Assembly: GCA_951406725.2 (NCBI GenBank)
Contig: OX597820.1
Coordinates: 93,000,001 to 93,064,000 of the forward strand
Direction of reading: 5' to 3'
Source: Octopus vulgaris
Lineage: Eukaryota
DNA: 64,000 nt
The notes beneath the pieces were generated by a model. That model was given only the letters and a program-made list of their open reading frames with translations. It was not told the origin of the DNA and searched no databases. Shown in pieces: positions 13,641 to 25,619 of this stretch (within the stretch, counting starts at the first letter, position 1; every line of letters starts with the position of its first letter). A program made the translations under genes and the position numbers.

Positions 13641-14107
13641 TAGTTGATCTAGAGTGTATACACACCATTTGTTAACAAGCGAGATATAGTCTCCGTTACA
13701 AAATGCAGAGTAGCTTGTTCCCCAGTTCGAACGTGCATCAAGCATATTCGAACTGATAAATAACATTGCAATTTCACTTATCACTGTTTAACGTTCCCCT
13801 CCGTAATTTAATTGCACCGTATAGCACTGCCAGTCATTGTACGGTGACAGGAAAAACATAAGAGAGGTAATGTCTTTATTCAGCTCGCAGTGTCATCTGC
13901 TTAGTATCAGTGGCAGATGAGGAGATAACCAATCCGAAATGCTAGCATCTCACAGTCTAGGTAGATGGCGCTGCGAGCTGAACTAGGTGTATGCACACCA
14001 TTTGTCAACAATCAAGATATATTTTCCGTGACAAAACGCAGTGAGTAGATTGTTCCCCAGTTCGAACGTGCACCAAGCATCCTCAGACTGATAATAACAT
14101 TGCAACC
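13641..14107 (+). ncRNA. Candidate retrozyme-like element: ~130-bp direct repeats around a type-I hammerhead-like fold
   Basis: Direct repeats at 13641-13775 and 13977-14107. A 26-bp helix (13879-13904/13957-13982) encloses CAGATGA-stem II-GAAA, the palindrome atgctagcat and the cleavage-site C. Confidence 0.55.
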
Positions 14108-14329
14108 TGTCAATATACTTTCTGTGGATCTAACTACTAACCTTAATTATAGCGTTCTTCCATCTTCATGATACATCTCCCTTTTCATTTTCTTATTTCC
14201 ATACTTGTACCTGAAATAATAAGTAATAGAACACCTTATTTTTTATCAAAATAGAGCATAATTAGTTTCTTTGGATTCTAGTGTTTAAAGTAGGTTTCTT
14301 GTTTATCTCCACTGTTGTAGGGTTCGCAA

Positions 14330-16050
14330 TGACAAAAAAAGAAGCTCTCAAGTGAAAGTGAAGTCAATAGTACTAAGAGTGATTAGTACTATTAGTACTA
14401 AGAGTGATTAGTACTATCAAGGCGGCGAACTGGCAGACACGTTAGCGCGCCGGACGAAATGCTTAGCGGTATTTCGTCTGCCGTTACGTTCTGAGTTCAA
14501 ATTCCGCCGAGGTCGACTTTGCCTTTCATCCTTTCGGGGTCGATAAATTAAGTACCAGTTACGCACTGAGGTCGATGTAATCGACTTAATACCTATGTCT
14601 GTCCTTGTTTGTCCCCTCTGTGTTTAGCCCCTTGTGGGTAATAAAGAAATAAGTACTAAGAGTGATTGTAAAAACGCTACGAAGGTTTGATGCCGGAAAA
14701 AACAATTCAGCCTTATTGTAAAAAGATTAAACCTTGTAACGTTTACAGTGAAAGCAGTATCTAACAATAAAGACAAAATCAGATCCAGTGCTCCAGCAAC
14801 GATTTCGTTAACTTCTGGATATTGTTGGGATTTTTTTCATAAATTTGAAATAATGCTTGACATAGAACTGTTCTTGAATGAGTGAGTCGTCGATCAGACC
14901 TAGCATATTGTGCAGCCAAAATGAGAATTTTTGAAAAATAATATGAGTGGAAATCGAACCGGTGAGTGTGTTAAATAATAAGGCAAACAAAATAGTCATT
15001 CAAGGCAAGTTATATTTGGTTTCATGATTTGCAATAAAAGGAAGATACAAATTGTAATGTAAAATATTTTCTGGCTCGTAGACACTGGTTTGAAAAATTT
15101 ATGGGGCACCTCATATTACGCAGCATCAAGATTACTGGTGATGGTTCAAGTGCTAATTGATATAGATGCTTCTACTACTTTACTTCGTGAGCTGAAGAAA
15201 ATTATATTTGAAGGAGATTACACATTAGAACAACTTTACAACTTTGATGGGAACGAGCTTTTCAGGAAGTGATACCGGAAGGGCTTTTAATTCCAGTGGG
15301 GAAAAAAAAGCAGCACTAAACTTTAAAACATAGCCGCTACTTATGTATTATTATCAAAATTTAAGGAGTAATGTAACTGTGATTTGGCGCTCAAAGGTTA
15401 GTCCACAATTTTTTTTTTTTTTTTTGCTCAACAGTAGAAAAATACAGTGGCAGGAGCAATATTTTCAATGAAGTATGGCTCGTTTAGACAATGCGCTAAG
15501 TCATCCAATAAATTTGAATGATCTTTTTCTCTGCTCCAGCCTATGAATCAAACTGTGATGGTTGACTTCAAAGCTTATTTGAGCTTAAACACCTAATAAT
15601 AGTAATTGATGGGGAAGATAAGCCGACAATGAAAGACAACTCAAACAATTCTGGATAACATAGTCGAGTCATGGGATGAAGTGAAACTGTCGGCTATGAA
15701 TGACATTTGGCAAAACATGTGGCCAGAATATGTTCTTGACTTTACAAGATTTTCACCTACAAAATGTCCACTTTCAGTTCAGGAGGATATGTGATTCCGC
15801 CATGAAATCATATATGATGATGTGGTTCATTACCACGGCCCTATAGAGAAAATTTGTCTAATGAGGAGTTGATAAAGTTAGAACCAAAGCGAACTGCAGC
15901 ACAGAAAAGGATAAGAAGCAGTACACAGTCCTCTTCAGTTAACTATAAAGAATATGGCTATAGAGTCGAAATTTACTGAGAAAATTCTGCAAGGCTTTAC
16001 TTATTAGCAGTCCTGAGCGTAAAAATAAAAATTACAAGAGGAGTTCATAA
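14330..16050 (+). mobile_element. Decayed pogo/Tigger transposase interrupted by a SINE
   Basis: LKKIIFEGDYTLEQLYNFDGNELFRK (15090-15272) matches pogo 'GY..EQVFN.DETGLFWK'. LLQPMNQ..FKAY occurs near 15530-15580 and WQNMWPE near 15710. Confidence 0.75.
14421..14651 (+). mobile_element. tRNA-derived SINE family A (CORE-like body), full length
   Basis: Head ggcggcgaactggcaga...gagttcaaattcc (A/B-box-like), body cctttcatcctttcggggtcgataaattaagtaccagt. The sequence agtactaagagtgatt is duplicated on both flanks (14394-14409 and 14652-14667). Confidence 0.92.
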
Positions 16051-16071
16051 TGAGCTCAGTTCCTATACTTT

Positions 16072-16304
16072 CTTATTTCTTTCCTGTCCATAAGGGGCTA
16101 AACACAGAGGGGACAAACAAGGACACACAAACGGATAAAGTCGCTTATATCGACCACAGTGCGTAACTGGTACTTATTTAATCGACCCCGAAAGGATAAA
16201 AGGCAAAGTCGACCTCGGTGGAATTTGAACTCAGAATGTAGCGGCAGACGAAATACCGCTAGGCATTCCGCCTTGCGTGCTAACGTTTCTGCCGGCTCAC
16301 CGCC
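16072..16304 (-). mobile_element. SINE family A copy
   Basis: Reverse complement of 14421-14651. Confidence 0.9.
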
Positions 16305-16349
16305 TATCCTAGACTAAGCAAAGACATTGTGCCCTATAAATGTCAGTTT

Positions 16350-16725
16350 TGGATAACTTCTTCAACGCTTTCTTCCCAACCACATAGTTCCAGGTTAATT
16401 TCCACTTCATTGTACCTTGACAAGTATCCTCTGTTATAGCCCCGGCCGACCAAAGCCTTATAAGTGGATTTGGCGGACGGAAACTAAAAGAAGCCCGTCA
16501 TATGCGTGTGTCTTTGTGTTTGTGCTTGTCCTCTAAAAATACTTGAAACTCAGCGTTCGTTTGTTTACGTCTTATAGCTTAGCAGTTCAGTATAACAGGA
16601 TGATTAAATAACTACCAAACTTCAAAAAATTAAGCACTGGGTTCGATTTAATCAATTTAGCCCTTCAAGGCGTTTCCCAGCATGGCCGCAGTCTAATGAT
16701 TGAAACAAGTAAACGATAAAAGATA
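16350..16725 (+). mobile_element. SINE family B, diverged copy
   Basis: Homologous to 36188-36600 (gccgaccaaagcctt...gacggaaact...catggccgcagtc). Confidence 0.8.
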
Positions 16726-17854
16726 ACCCTAAAGCAAATGCTGATTACGGTGATTTCTGGGGCATAAGATAATGCCTCTCTCCCGCTTAGTAATTGAAAC
16801 CCCTCCTACATTTTTTGGTGATTACTTACCTTCCAACGATTTTCCTCTTCTCTGATGTTCTTAGGCATTTCTCTTCAAATTCTTATATGTATACTTACGC
16901 TAGATTGTGTATTTAAAAATTCTTTTTTCATGCATAAAAGTGAGCGGGTGTAGTGGTATTGATCAAAATTATGTCGGAACGCATCTCAGTTTTATAACAT
17001 GTAGATCAATAAAGAAATACGTTTCACGTAACAGCATGATTTCAAGAACGCGAACCTCCGTAAAGCGGTAGATAACAGTATTATATGATGAATATGTTTA
17101 AAGCAAGACCGCATTGAACAAAGAAATAAAAGAACGTTAAGAAGGGAAATAATGAGCAACAAAAGGAGAACCATGGTTTTAGATTATGGCAAGTAAAAAG
17201 AAAAATCCTGCTTATCCACCCAATATTCCGGTCAAGAAGTGGACAGAAAGTTTGCTGAATCGCTGTCATGGAATTTTGATGTCTTTAACTCATAAAAGAA
17301 AGTTCTGTAAAAATATTATAAAATGCAATAAATTAGTTGAGTAAACATAAAAATCACCACTTTTACTTTAATGCATGAGTCTGCTAACATACAAGCAATA
17401 TCTCGTAAATGCTTTTCATGACAGAATTTCTTCTTAATAGATAACTTTTAGTGGTTCGTGTAGAATAAATTCGAAGTTTTACTTAACTGTTTGAGAAAAT
17501 TGCGTTCAAATATTTCGCATGAGGTTATCTCCCTTAATTTATATCTCACTAAATATCCAACAAATTTCATACGGTTTAAATAGATTTCTGATATAGGTAC
17601 ACATCGTCGAATATTAGAGATTAATATAGACAATAATTAAACCGACTCCAGAATTTTATTGAAATTAAAGTGAACCAATATTTTGTTGGTCATATAAATC
17701 TGATTTTGTAAATGGGTCAACCTTTCAACGTTTTACAAATTTTTGACTCTACGACTAACGGAAAGTTTATTGATCCAAATAATCGAAAATTTTGTTGAAA
17801 TGGGAAAACGCTTTAAAATTCTGAATATTGAACCAAACGTATGGCTACTGAAAC

Positions 17855-17896
<42 letters not shown>

Positions 17897-19624
17897 CAGT
17901 GACAAAAAATCTATTATAATCTATTGTACGAAATTACTTAGAATTTGGGAGACATTATTAGAGACTATTTCTTAGCTACGACACTTTCTACAGGACTTCT
18001 TGTAGTTCTGACAATAGTAATGACTATTTTATTAACTACAGATACTAAATCAACTGAAGCTGTGAGGTAATATCACTGTAAACCATATTAAAACTAATGG
18101 ATAACATCACCAATTAGTAAAACCAATTACCGCGAAACTGAACTCTCGAACTCTAGAGGTCAGGTTCAATAACAACAAGCACTTATTCAAAGACAGCTGA
18201 TAAAATTCCAATTCCCATGAATCCTGACGTTTATTGCAGAGAAATCTGAATGTCTCTTCATAAAATAGACAACCCTACTAAAGCGGTTTCTATGTGGTGA
18301 TCAACACTGTTATTGGTGAAAGATGGCTGAATTATAGATAAAGCCTTCTTGGAAAGAATGATAAAGATAGACGACCAAATGACGGCGGACAAACATGAAG
18401 CTAGATCTAATACGAATTCGAAGAATAGAGTGGATGAAATAAAAGAACATTAATGACTTAATTCATAGAAAGTGAATATTAAACGATGGGGAAAAGAAGA
18501 ATTGCTAAACTCAGGAAAGAAGAATAGTCTCAAAGACGAAGAAAGAAAAGAAACGTGACTAAACAAATGAGATTTAGGCTGGCTGTTCGGTTTGTTTTTC
18601 ATTATTTTTAAATGTCTATCGAAAACAATAAACTGAATATTAATTGTTAATTGAATGTGATTTTGATTTTTGTTCCAACAATGCAGCTTTTGTTAAGCGA
18701 TGCAGAGAAAGGTACGTTTATTTTCAACAACCCACAGTAGGTATGTAATGTTGCCAATAGTAGTTTGTCAGAAGAAAAATATTTTTATGACTGTTAGTAA
18801 AAGATTCTTTGGTTGTAAGTTCATACAAAAATTCAACTTAAGACACTCGATAATATAAAGATTCTTTCTTAAGAATATTTTCACATTTTGCAACTTGCAA
18901 AAACAGTGAAAATATTGAATTAGATGTATGCGTCATTAGAAAGATATTGACATACGTTCATAACGCTTTTAATAATTTTATGTTGTCTGTGATTTTATAT
19001 CTTAAAGATATCAAAATATCAAGACCTTTTCTTAATCAATAGACCATTAAATAATATTCAAACAATCTTAAAGGGAATTATTGGTGCGTGTAGCTACATA
19101 GGAAAATTTCGCCTTAAATAACAAAAACATACATCAGTCTGAAACTTTAGTGTTTAGTAATTACAGTGATATGTCGCTGTTAATATGTTTAATTTTGACT
19201 AAACTAAATTGCGATTTTAATCTCCATAAAACCAGAAGATCTAAAAGAACTTTGTTAAAAGAAGTAGGAAGGGGACTGTCTTGCCAAACATATTTGCAAT
19301 GTGACTTTAGCCTATAATCTTTGTAATATTCTACACATCATCAAACGACACACGCGTCAACTTCTATGACAAGATAAAGAAGATATACTTGCCCAATATA
19401 TTTCAAACGTACCATAGCTTCAGTGTTAAATATATGATGAAATTATCAACTTTCACCTTCAATCATGCCTTTATATTCCAACAAGAAAAAACACAGATTG
19501 TTATTGCTGCTATTGTTATTGTTGTTCTTATTGTTACTGTTATTGTTTTTGTTGGTGTTGTTGTCATAGTTGTCATCATCGTCATCCTTCTTATTATTAT
19601 TATTATTGTCTGGCCCAAGATCAA

Positions 19625-20019
19625 CCCCAAATGAGGGGGGGAGCACTCCGTCGGTTACGACGACGAGGGTTCCGGTTGATCCGATCAACGGAACAGCCTA
19701 CTCGTGAAATTAACGTGTAAGTGGCTGAGCACTCCACGGACACGTGTACCCTTAACGTAGTTCTCGTGGATATTCAGCGTGACACAGAGAGTGACAAGGC
19801 CGGCCCTTTGAAATACAGGTACAACAGAAACAGGAAGTAAGGGTGAGAGAAAGTTGTGGTGAAAGAGTACAGCAGGGATCACCACCATCCCCTGCCGGAG
19901 CCTCGTGGAGCTTTAGGTGTTTTCGCTCAATAAACACTCACAACGCCCAGTCTGGGAATCGAAACCACGATCCTACGACCGCGAGTTCGCTGCCCTAACC
20001 ACCGGGCCATTGCGCCTCC
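19625..20019 (-). mobile_element. tRNA-derived SINE family C, full length
   Basis: Minus head ggaggcgcaatggcccggtggttagggcagcg...ggtttcgattccc is tRNA-like with A/B boxes. Related copies at 39165-39480 and 59440-59810. Confidence 0.9.
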
Positions 20020-20324
20020 CCAAATGAGTAAGCCTATGACCAAAGACGTTCCAATTGTGACCTTTTCCTATTTTTACCATGCACTTCCTGTTTGTGACTT
20101 CAATGTCTAATGTTACGCACTCTTTCGAAAGGGTAGAGTGTAATTTGGAATATATTTTACAACTATTTGTAACACACACGTACTCAATGCACTGGTTTTG
20201 TTTTTCGATGCCTAAATATATAGAAAAAAAAACAACAAATGTTCGGCGCATTAATTAAAACATAAATGCAGACGTGGGCTATAATAAAGTACCAATCAGG
20301 TGCAGGTATAAAGTACCACTATAG

Positions 20325-20495
20325 GTACAGGCTTGGGTGTGTGATAAGAAGTCTGCTTCTCAGCCACATGGTTCCAGGTTCGGTATCACTGCGTGTCACC
20401 TTAGGCAAGGTTTTCCACTAATGCCTCGGGCCGACCAGACCAAAACCTTGTGAGTGGATTTCGTAGATGGAAACGGAAAGAAGCCCGTTGTATAT
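20325..20495 (+). mobile_element. SINE family B 5' part
   Basis: Homologous to the head of 36188-36600. Confidence 0.8.
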
Positions 20496-21014
20496 ACATA
20501 TACAACATGTTTGCATCATGTTCATGAATCTGTAGTAACAACGAAATTCCTTCAAATCAAATCACAAAGAAGTATCATAATGATATAACCCTAGTTACAC
20601 AAATAGGCGGAATTATCAATTTTGAATCGCCTTTCATCATTGGTCTGTTTAGTCACAAATCATTTAAGACTAAATAGAAACAGTAAAAAACCCATCGCTC
20701 TTCATATTAATAATATTGAATTTTTACAGTGGCTCAAGGTCATACAATTTCGGAGAAGGATATACCAATTGAATCAACGCAGTACTTCACTGCTCCTTTA
20801 TTTTATTGACCGCTGTTGGACAAACAACGTTTTATATAAGCATATAAACCTTCATACAGATATGCATTGGTTTCTGTAGCCGTTTTCTTAAGGCTGTAGT
20901 TGCTTATAATTTCCTATAGTTGTGACCCTTTCATATACCAAATCATCAGTCGTTCTGTTTCTCTTTGGTGGTTAGGTATTTTATGTATGAGTATGGATGT
21001 GTATGAAATTATAT

Positions 21015-21066
<52 letters not shown>

Positions 21067-22338
21067 TTATGTCAAGTAACAATTTAACTCTAAAATAAAA
21101 GTATACGAAAACACACTTATCTGCAGACTGTACAAGTCTTTTTGTTTGTTGGAGTCACTATGCAATGGATGGATGCATTGTTACTCAACTACAAAAATGA
21201 ATACCAAATACAGGTACACTACTTTACTTACGAGTGGCTCTTTGGTTATTGGACAAACAAATCGGCCTGTAGATTTATTGTTCCAGCCAGCTTTCGCCGG
21301 AGCAATAACATTTAGAACGTTCTAACATTTAGAACGTCCATAGCTTCATGACGAAACAGCTGTGCTCAAGCATAAGATTATTCTAGAAGAGGATTTTTGA
21401 CAATGAAGCACTAAAGTGAGTAATATTATTAATTATAGAAGATATCCTCCTCATAAAAAAACTTATTTTCGACAAGGTCATATTAATGTCATACAAAAGA
21501 CTCCCCAAGTTCATTTCTATAGACCTATCCGGAGAGCCAAGAAAATGTGTTTGATCTCGCCTATGCTATAAGGCAAAATTGAGGAGAAATTTGAAGAAAA
21601 AAGAGCGCAAAGCAAGATATAAAATTAATATTGTGTAGATCGATAGCTCATCAAATGGATGGTTGGAGGGTGATGACTAAATAACAATGAAAGCACTTAT
21701 GATAGCTACTGATTGGCTGATCTATGCGTATGCGCGTATGTATTATGTATGTATGTATGTATGTATGTATGTATGTATGTATGTGTGTTTATATATGTGT
21801 GCATTTATATTCATAAATATATCAATATATATTTGAATATGAAAGCCTGCATACATGTGTGTGTGTTTGCATTTGTATACATAAATTCGCTAATGTAAAT
21901 ATATGTCGCATAAAGGGATATCTAGAGAGCAACCTAAAGAGAGTGTTAAACCGGCATAATGTTGCTGCTGAAGCAAACTCAAATTTAAGTTGAAAGTTAA
22001 TATAATCAAGATAAATGCAATTATATGGAGCCAAGTTAATACCGTAAATGGTCCTTGAACTCTGTACCGTTTTAATTAGTTACTGAAGCTTAGACATGGT
22101 AAATGTTGCAAATGGCAATGAACAGAGTGAGTTCATTAACCCTGAGATGGCAGCTAAGATGATAGAAAGACAAGCTGATCATAAGCTCTATTACTCTATC
22201 CTTCTTACCATTATTATTCTTGCCTGATGGACAATCAATTTAACCAGATATTTGCATTTAATTTTAATGAATATCAAAACTTAATTTCTATTATTAATTT
22301 CAATTACATTATTATTATTGTTGTTGCTATTATTATTA

Positions 22339-22385
<47 letters not shown>

Positions 22386-22761
22386 GCTATTATTGCTATT
22401 ATTAGAATCATCATCACAATCATCAACAAGAACAACAAAAACATTATTGTTGTTGACGTGTTCTTGTTACTTTATGGGGGTAGTTACAGGAAGATAGGAG
22501 ATATGCAGATTTATATTAATTTCAATAATAGGTCACTTGACAATTGTCCAGCCTGCATGTATATGCAGATAGCAACTTAAACAACGGGAGGTCTTTATTT
22601 TAATGGCAAGCAGCAAATATGCGGACAGCTTAGTCGATAAGGTAAGCAGACAACCAACCAAAGCGAGAAATTTATCGTTCGATTCCTTTCATCGGCACTT
22701 CCGTATATTAGTAGTAGTCAAATACAACAACGCCGACCGAAACCCACATGGTTCATAGTTC

Positions 22762-22999
22762 ATATATATTTCTTTACTACCCACAAGGGGCTAAACACAG
22801 AGGGGACAAACAAGGACAGACAAACGGAGTACGTCGATTATATCGACCCCAGTGCGTAACTGGTACTTAATTTATCGATTCCGAAAGGATGAAAGGCAAA
22901 GTCGACCTCGGCGGAATTTGAACTCAGAACGTAACGGCAGACGAAATACCGCTAAGCATTTCGCCCGGCGTGCTAACGTTTCTGCCAGCTCGCCGCCTT
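22762..22999 (-). mobile_element. SINE family A, young copy with 15-bp TSD
   Basis: Reverse complement of the 14421 copy. TSD catggttcatagttc at 22747-22761 and 23000-23014. Confidence 0.95.
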
Positions 23000-24340
23000 C
23001 ATGGTTCATAGTTCGTATAGTTAGCTCCACATTTATTCAGGTAAATATAGCAGTGTCAGCGCCGTGAAAGAGATCATTCAGCATTCACTGCTATTGGCAG
23101 GATAACTGCTCAACACCGTGGAATAGAGAAGAGATAATTTAGCAGCCAGTACCGAGTTCAATTTCGCGCACCATAAAAGCTACAGACAATAGGCTACTCT
23201 CTTTTCCGTGGGGATTTTTCATTCATCTTCTTAACGTGTCTTCAGAAAGGAAGAAAACTTATTGGTAAAACTCAACCTATAAATTGCTAATAAATTATAT
23301 GTTTTTTTTTTATTACATTCTGCATTTACAATTATATTTGTGATGCCACCATTTTTCAATAGTGCAATTATACCCACCACAAAAAGCTCATTCATGAAAG
23401 CTATCTTGGTTGATAGTATCAAGGTGTTTTAGTAAGTTGTATAAATTTCAAGACCATTTTATTGTTTGGTTGAAGAACATCAGAATAAATGCATTATCTT
23501 ACAAGTTTTGTTATCTTGCAACTTTCTATACGAATAAACTACATTAAGTAGTCGATTTTCTGTTACGGAAATAAGAGTTTAATTGCTTTATCTTTGATAG
23601 ATGGGATTTGCGATTGTTAATAGACATTGGAGCTGATAGCGAACTAAACTATCTTTCAAATGCCACCTTTTACATTTATATCAGAGACTAGGTAAATTAT
23701 TTTATAACTGCTATTTCAAATCTACACTAGGAATGCAAATGTCCTACAAGATTCAATTCTGTTTACCTCTTCATTAGAAATACGAATAACTTCAATCCCC
23801 AATACATTTCACTAAACGTTCTAGACAATGAATATCACTACTCACTTCTCAGATCTATGATAAATATATATTTTTTTTTTGTTTTACCGAACTACCCACC
23901 CAAAAGCTAGAAACTTTTAAATCACAACGTCGAAATACTCACATTTGCAACTGAGCTGTTCTGTAATTATCGTAGGATATGAGTGCTTTTTATTTTCACT
24001 GTTCCAGACTATATTTTAGCATTCACTGATGATATATACTATTAAAAGCATTTTTAGATTTCCTAAATACTAGTTTATCTTATACTTCATTATCAAAGTG
24101 TAGTTTTATGTATCAACTTTTAGGCATATGATTTAAAGAAACGATTATTTTATTATTTATTCTTAATACATCCAGGCAGGTTCGAACGCAAAATATGCTG
24201 GTCGCTGTAGTTTTTTTCTTGTTACTTTTTTTGATTGTTGTTGGCAATTTTGTGTTGTGTGAGGGAAAATTGTATCTTCAAAATTAACGTATTACATTAC
24301 ATCTAACAATAATTGATTTCAAAAATGATGAGATCGTCTG

Positions 24341-24550
24341 AAGGCGGTAAGCTGACAAAAACTTTAGCTCCTCGGGCAAAATTCTTAGCGGTATTTCGTC
24401 CGTCTTTACATTCTGAGTTCAAATTCCGCCGACGCCGAATTTGCCTTTCATCCTTTCAGGGTCGATAACATAAGTACCAGTTGAATGCAGGGGTTCGATG
24501 TAATTGACTTGCCCACTTACGAACCTGCTGACCTTCTGCCAAACTTTCGA
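24341..24550 (+). mobile_element. SINE family A-related copy (further diverged copies at about 2975-3090, 3180-3310, 4260-4450, 8865-9195, 31185-31390, 31490-31680, 50650-50860, 56490-56680, 62270-62395)
   Basis: Shared gagttcaaattccgccga..tttgcctttcatcctttc.gggtcgata..aagtaccag block. Confidence 0.8.
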
Positions 24551-25619
24551 TGTCCGTCGACATCCAACTGTTCAAACAACTGAAGGTTCATGGCATTGAT
24601 ATTATATTACAAGATAGAACACTTGAACTACAGTTACAGTATATTCGACGTGTTTCCACGTTTTCTGTCTACCTAATATCACTCTCAAAGATTGGGTCAA
24701 CTATGCAATAGGATCAATCCCTAGACCACATGGTGGTTAAACATATCTATTCACAACTACGGTTTTGCGTGTATCTAAATATGCAGCATTTGTCAATGAT
24801 TCAAGCAGCGTGTATATGTACGCGCCAAATTTGGCAATGACAATTGTATAACATAACATTAAAACACTAAATACTCCAACCTGTTTTCGTCTATGTTGCA
24901 AAGTTTGATTATCGGATCGTAATGGAGTTAATTCCCTTGTTTGTTAGTTTTAGATTTTAAACTTCTAATAACTACTTGCCCTTTTTTTAGTTGATCGAAA
25001 TTTTTACATATCTGAAACCCACCCCTATTTATATCTCGTATGCAGAACGAACACTTATCTGAAGCATTTTCTTTCAAAGTTAATACCGACATTCATAATT
25101 AGTGTCACTACACACCCTATACGCACACACATACAAACATACATACATACATACATACATACATACATACATACATACATACATACATACATACATACAT
25201 AGATGGATGGATGGATATGCTCATAGGCGTCCCAACGGGGAGGAATATACTTCCCTGAGGAGGTCTAATAAGACAGAAACATGTTTGTTGCCTCCACCAT
25301 TGATTTTCATTATCAGACTCGATCCAATCCGTATTGTTTATATTGTTCTAAAATTTCTTATCTCCTCTTGTTATTGCGTTTTAGATACTAATTGCTTGGA
25401 TAAAATCAATTGATCAAAGTGTTTTAACTCACTATATTATATTTCTGACACACTGGAAGATGGGTGACATAGCAGTGAACTTCTTTTCAATGTTAACGAT
25501 TGAAGCAATGTAAACGTTGTCGTTATTGTTGTTGAGGTTATCGTTGTCTACTTCCAGGTCAACTCTGATGAATCAGACCTCTGATCAAAAGTGTTCAATA
25601 CTATACGTTATTTAGCAAC

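Noticed and set aside
19940-20019. tRNA gene
   Set aside because: The tRNA-like sequence continues into a SINE body and recurs as SINE heads; no complete cloverleaf with a terminator.
21200-23700. Possible very old LINE remnants (about 21200-21700 and 23240-23700; also 3330-4100 and 17900-18450)
   Set aside because: Only faint motif resemblance; too decayed to call without a profile search.
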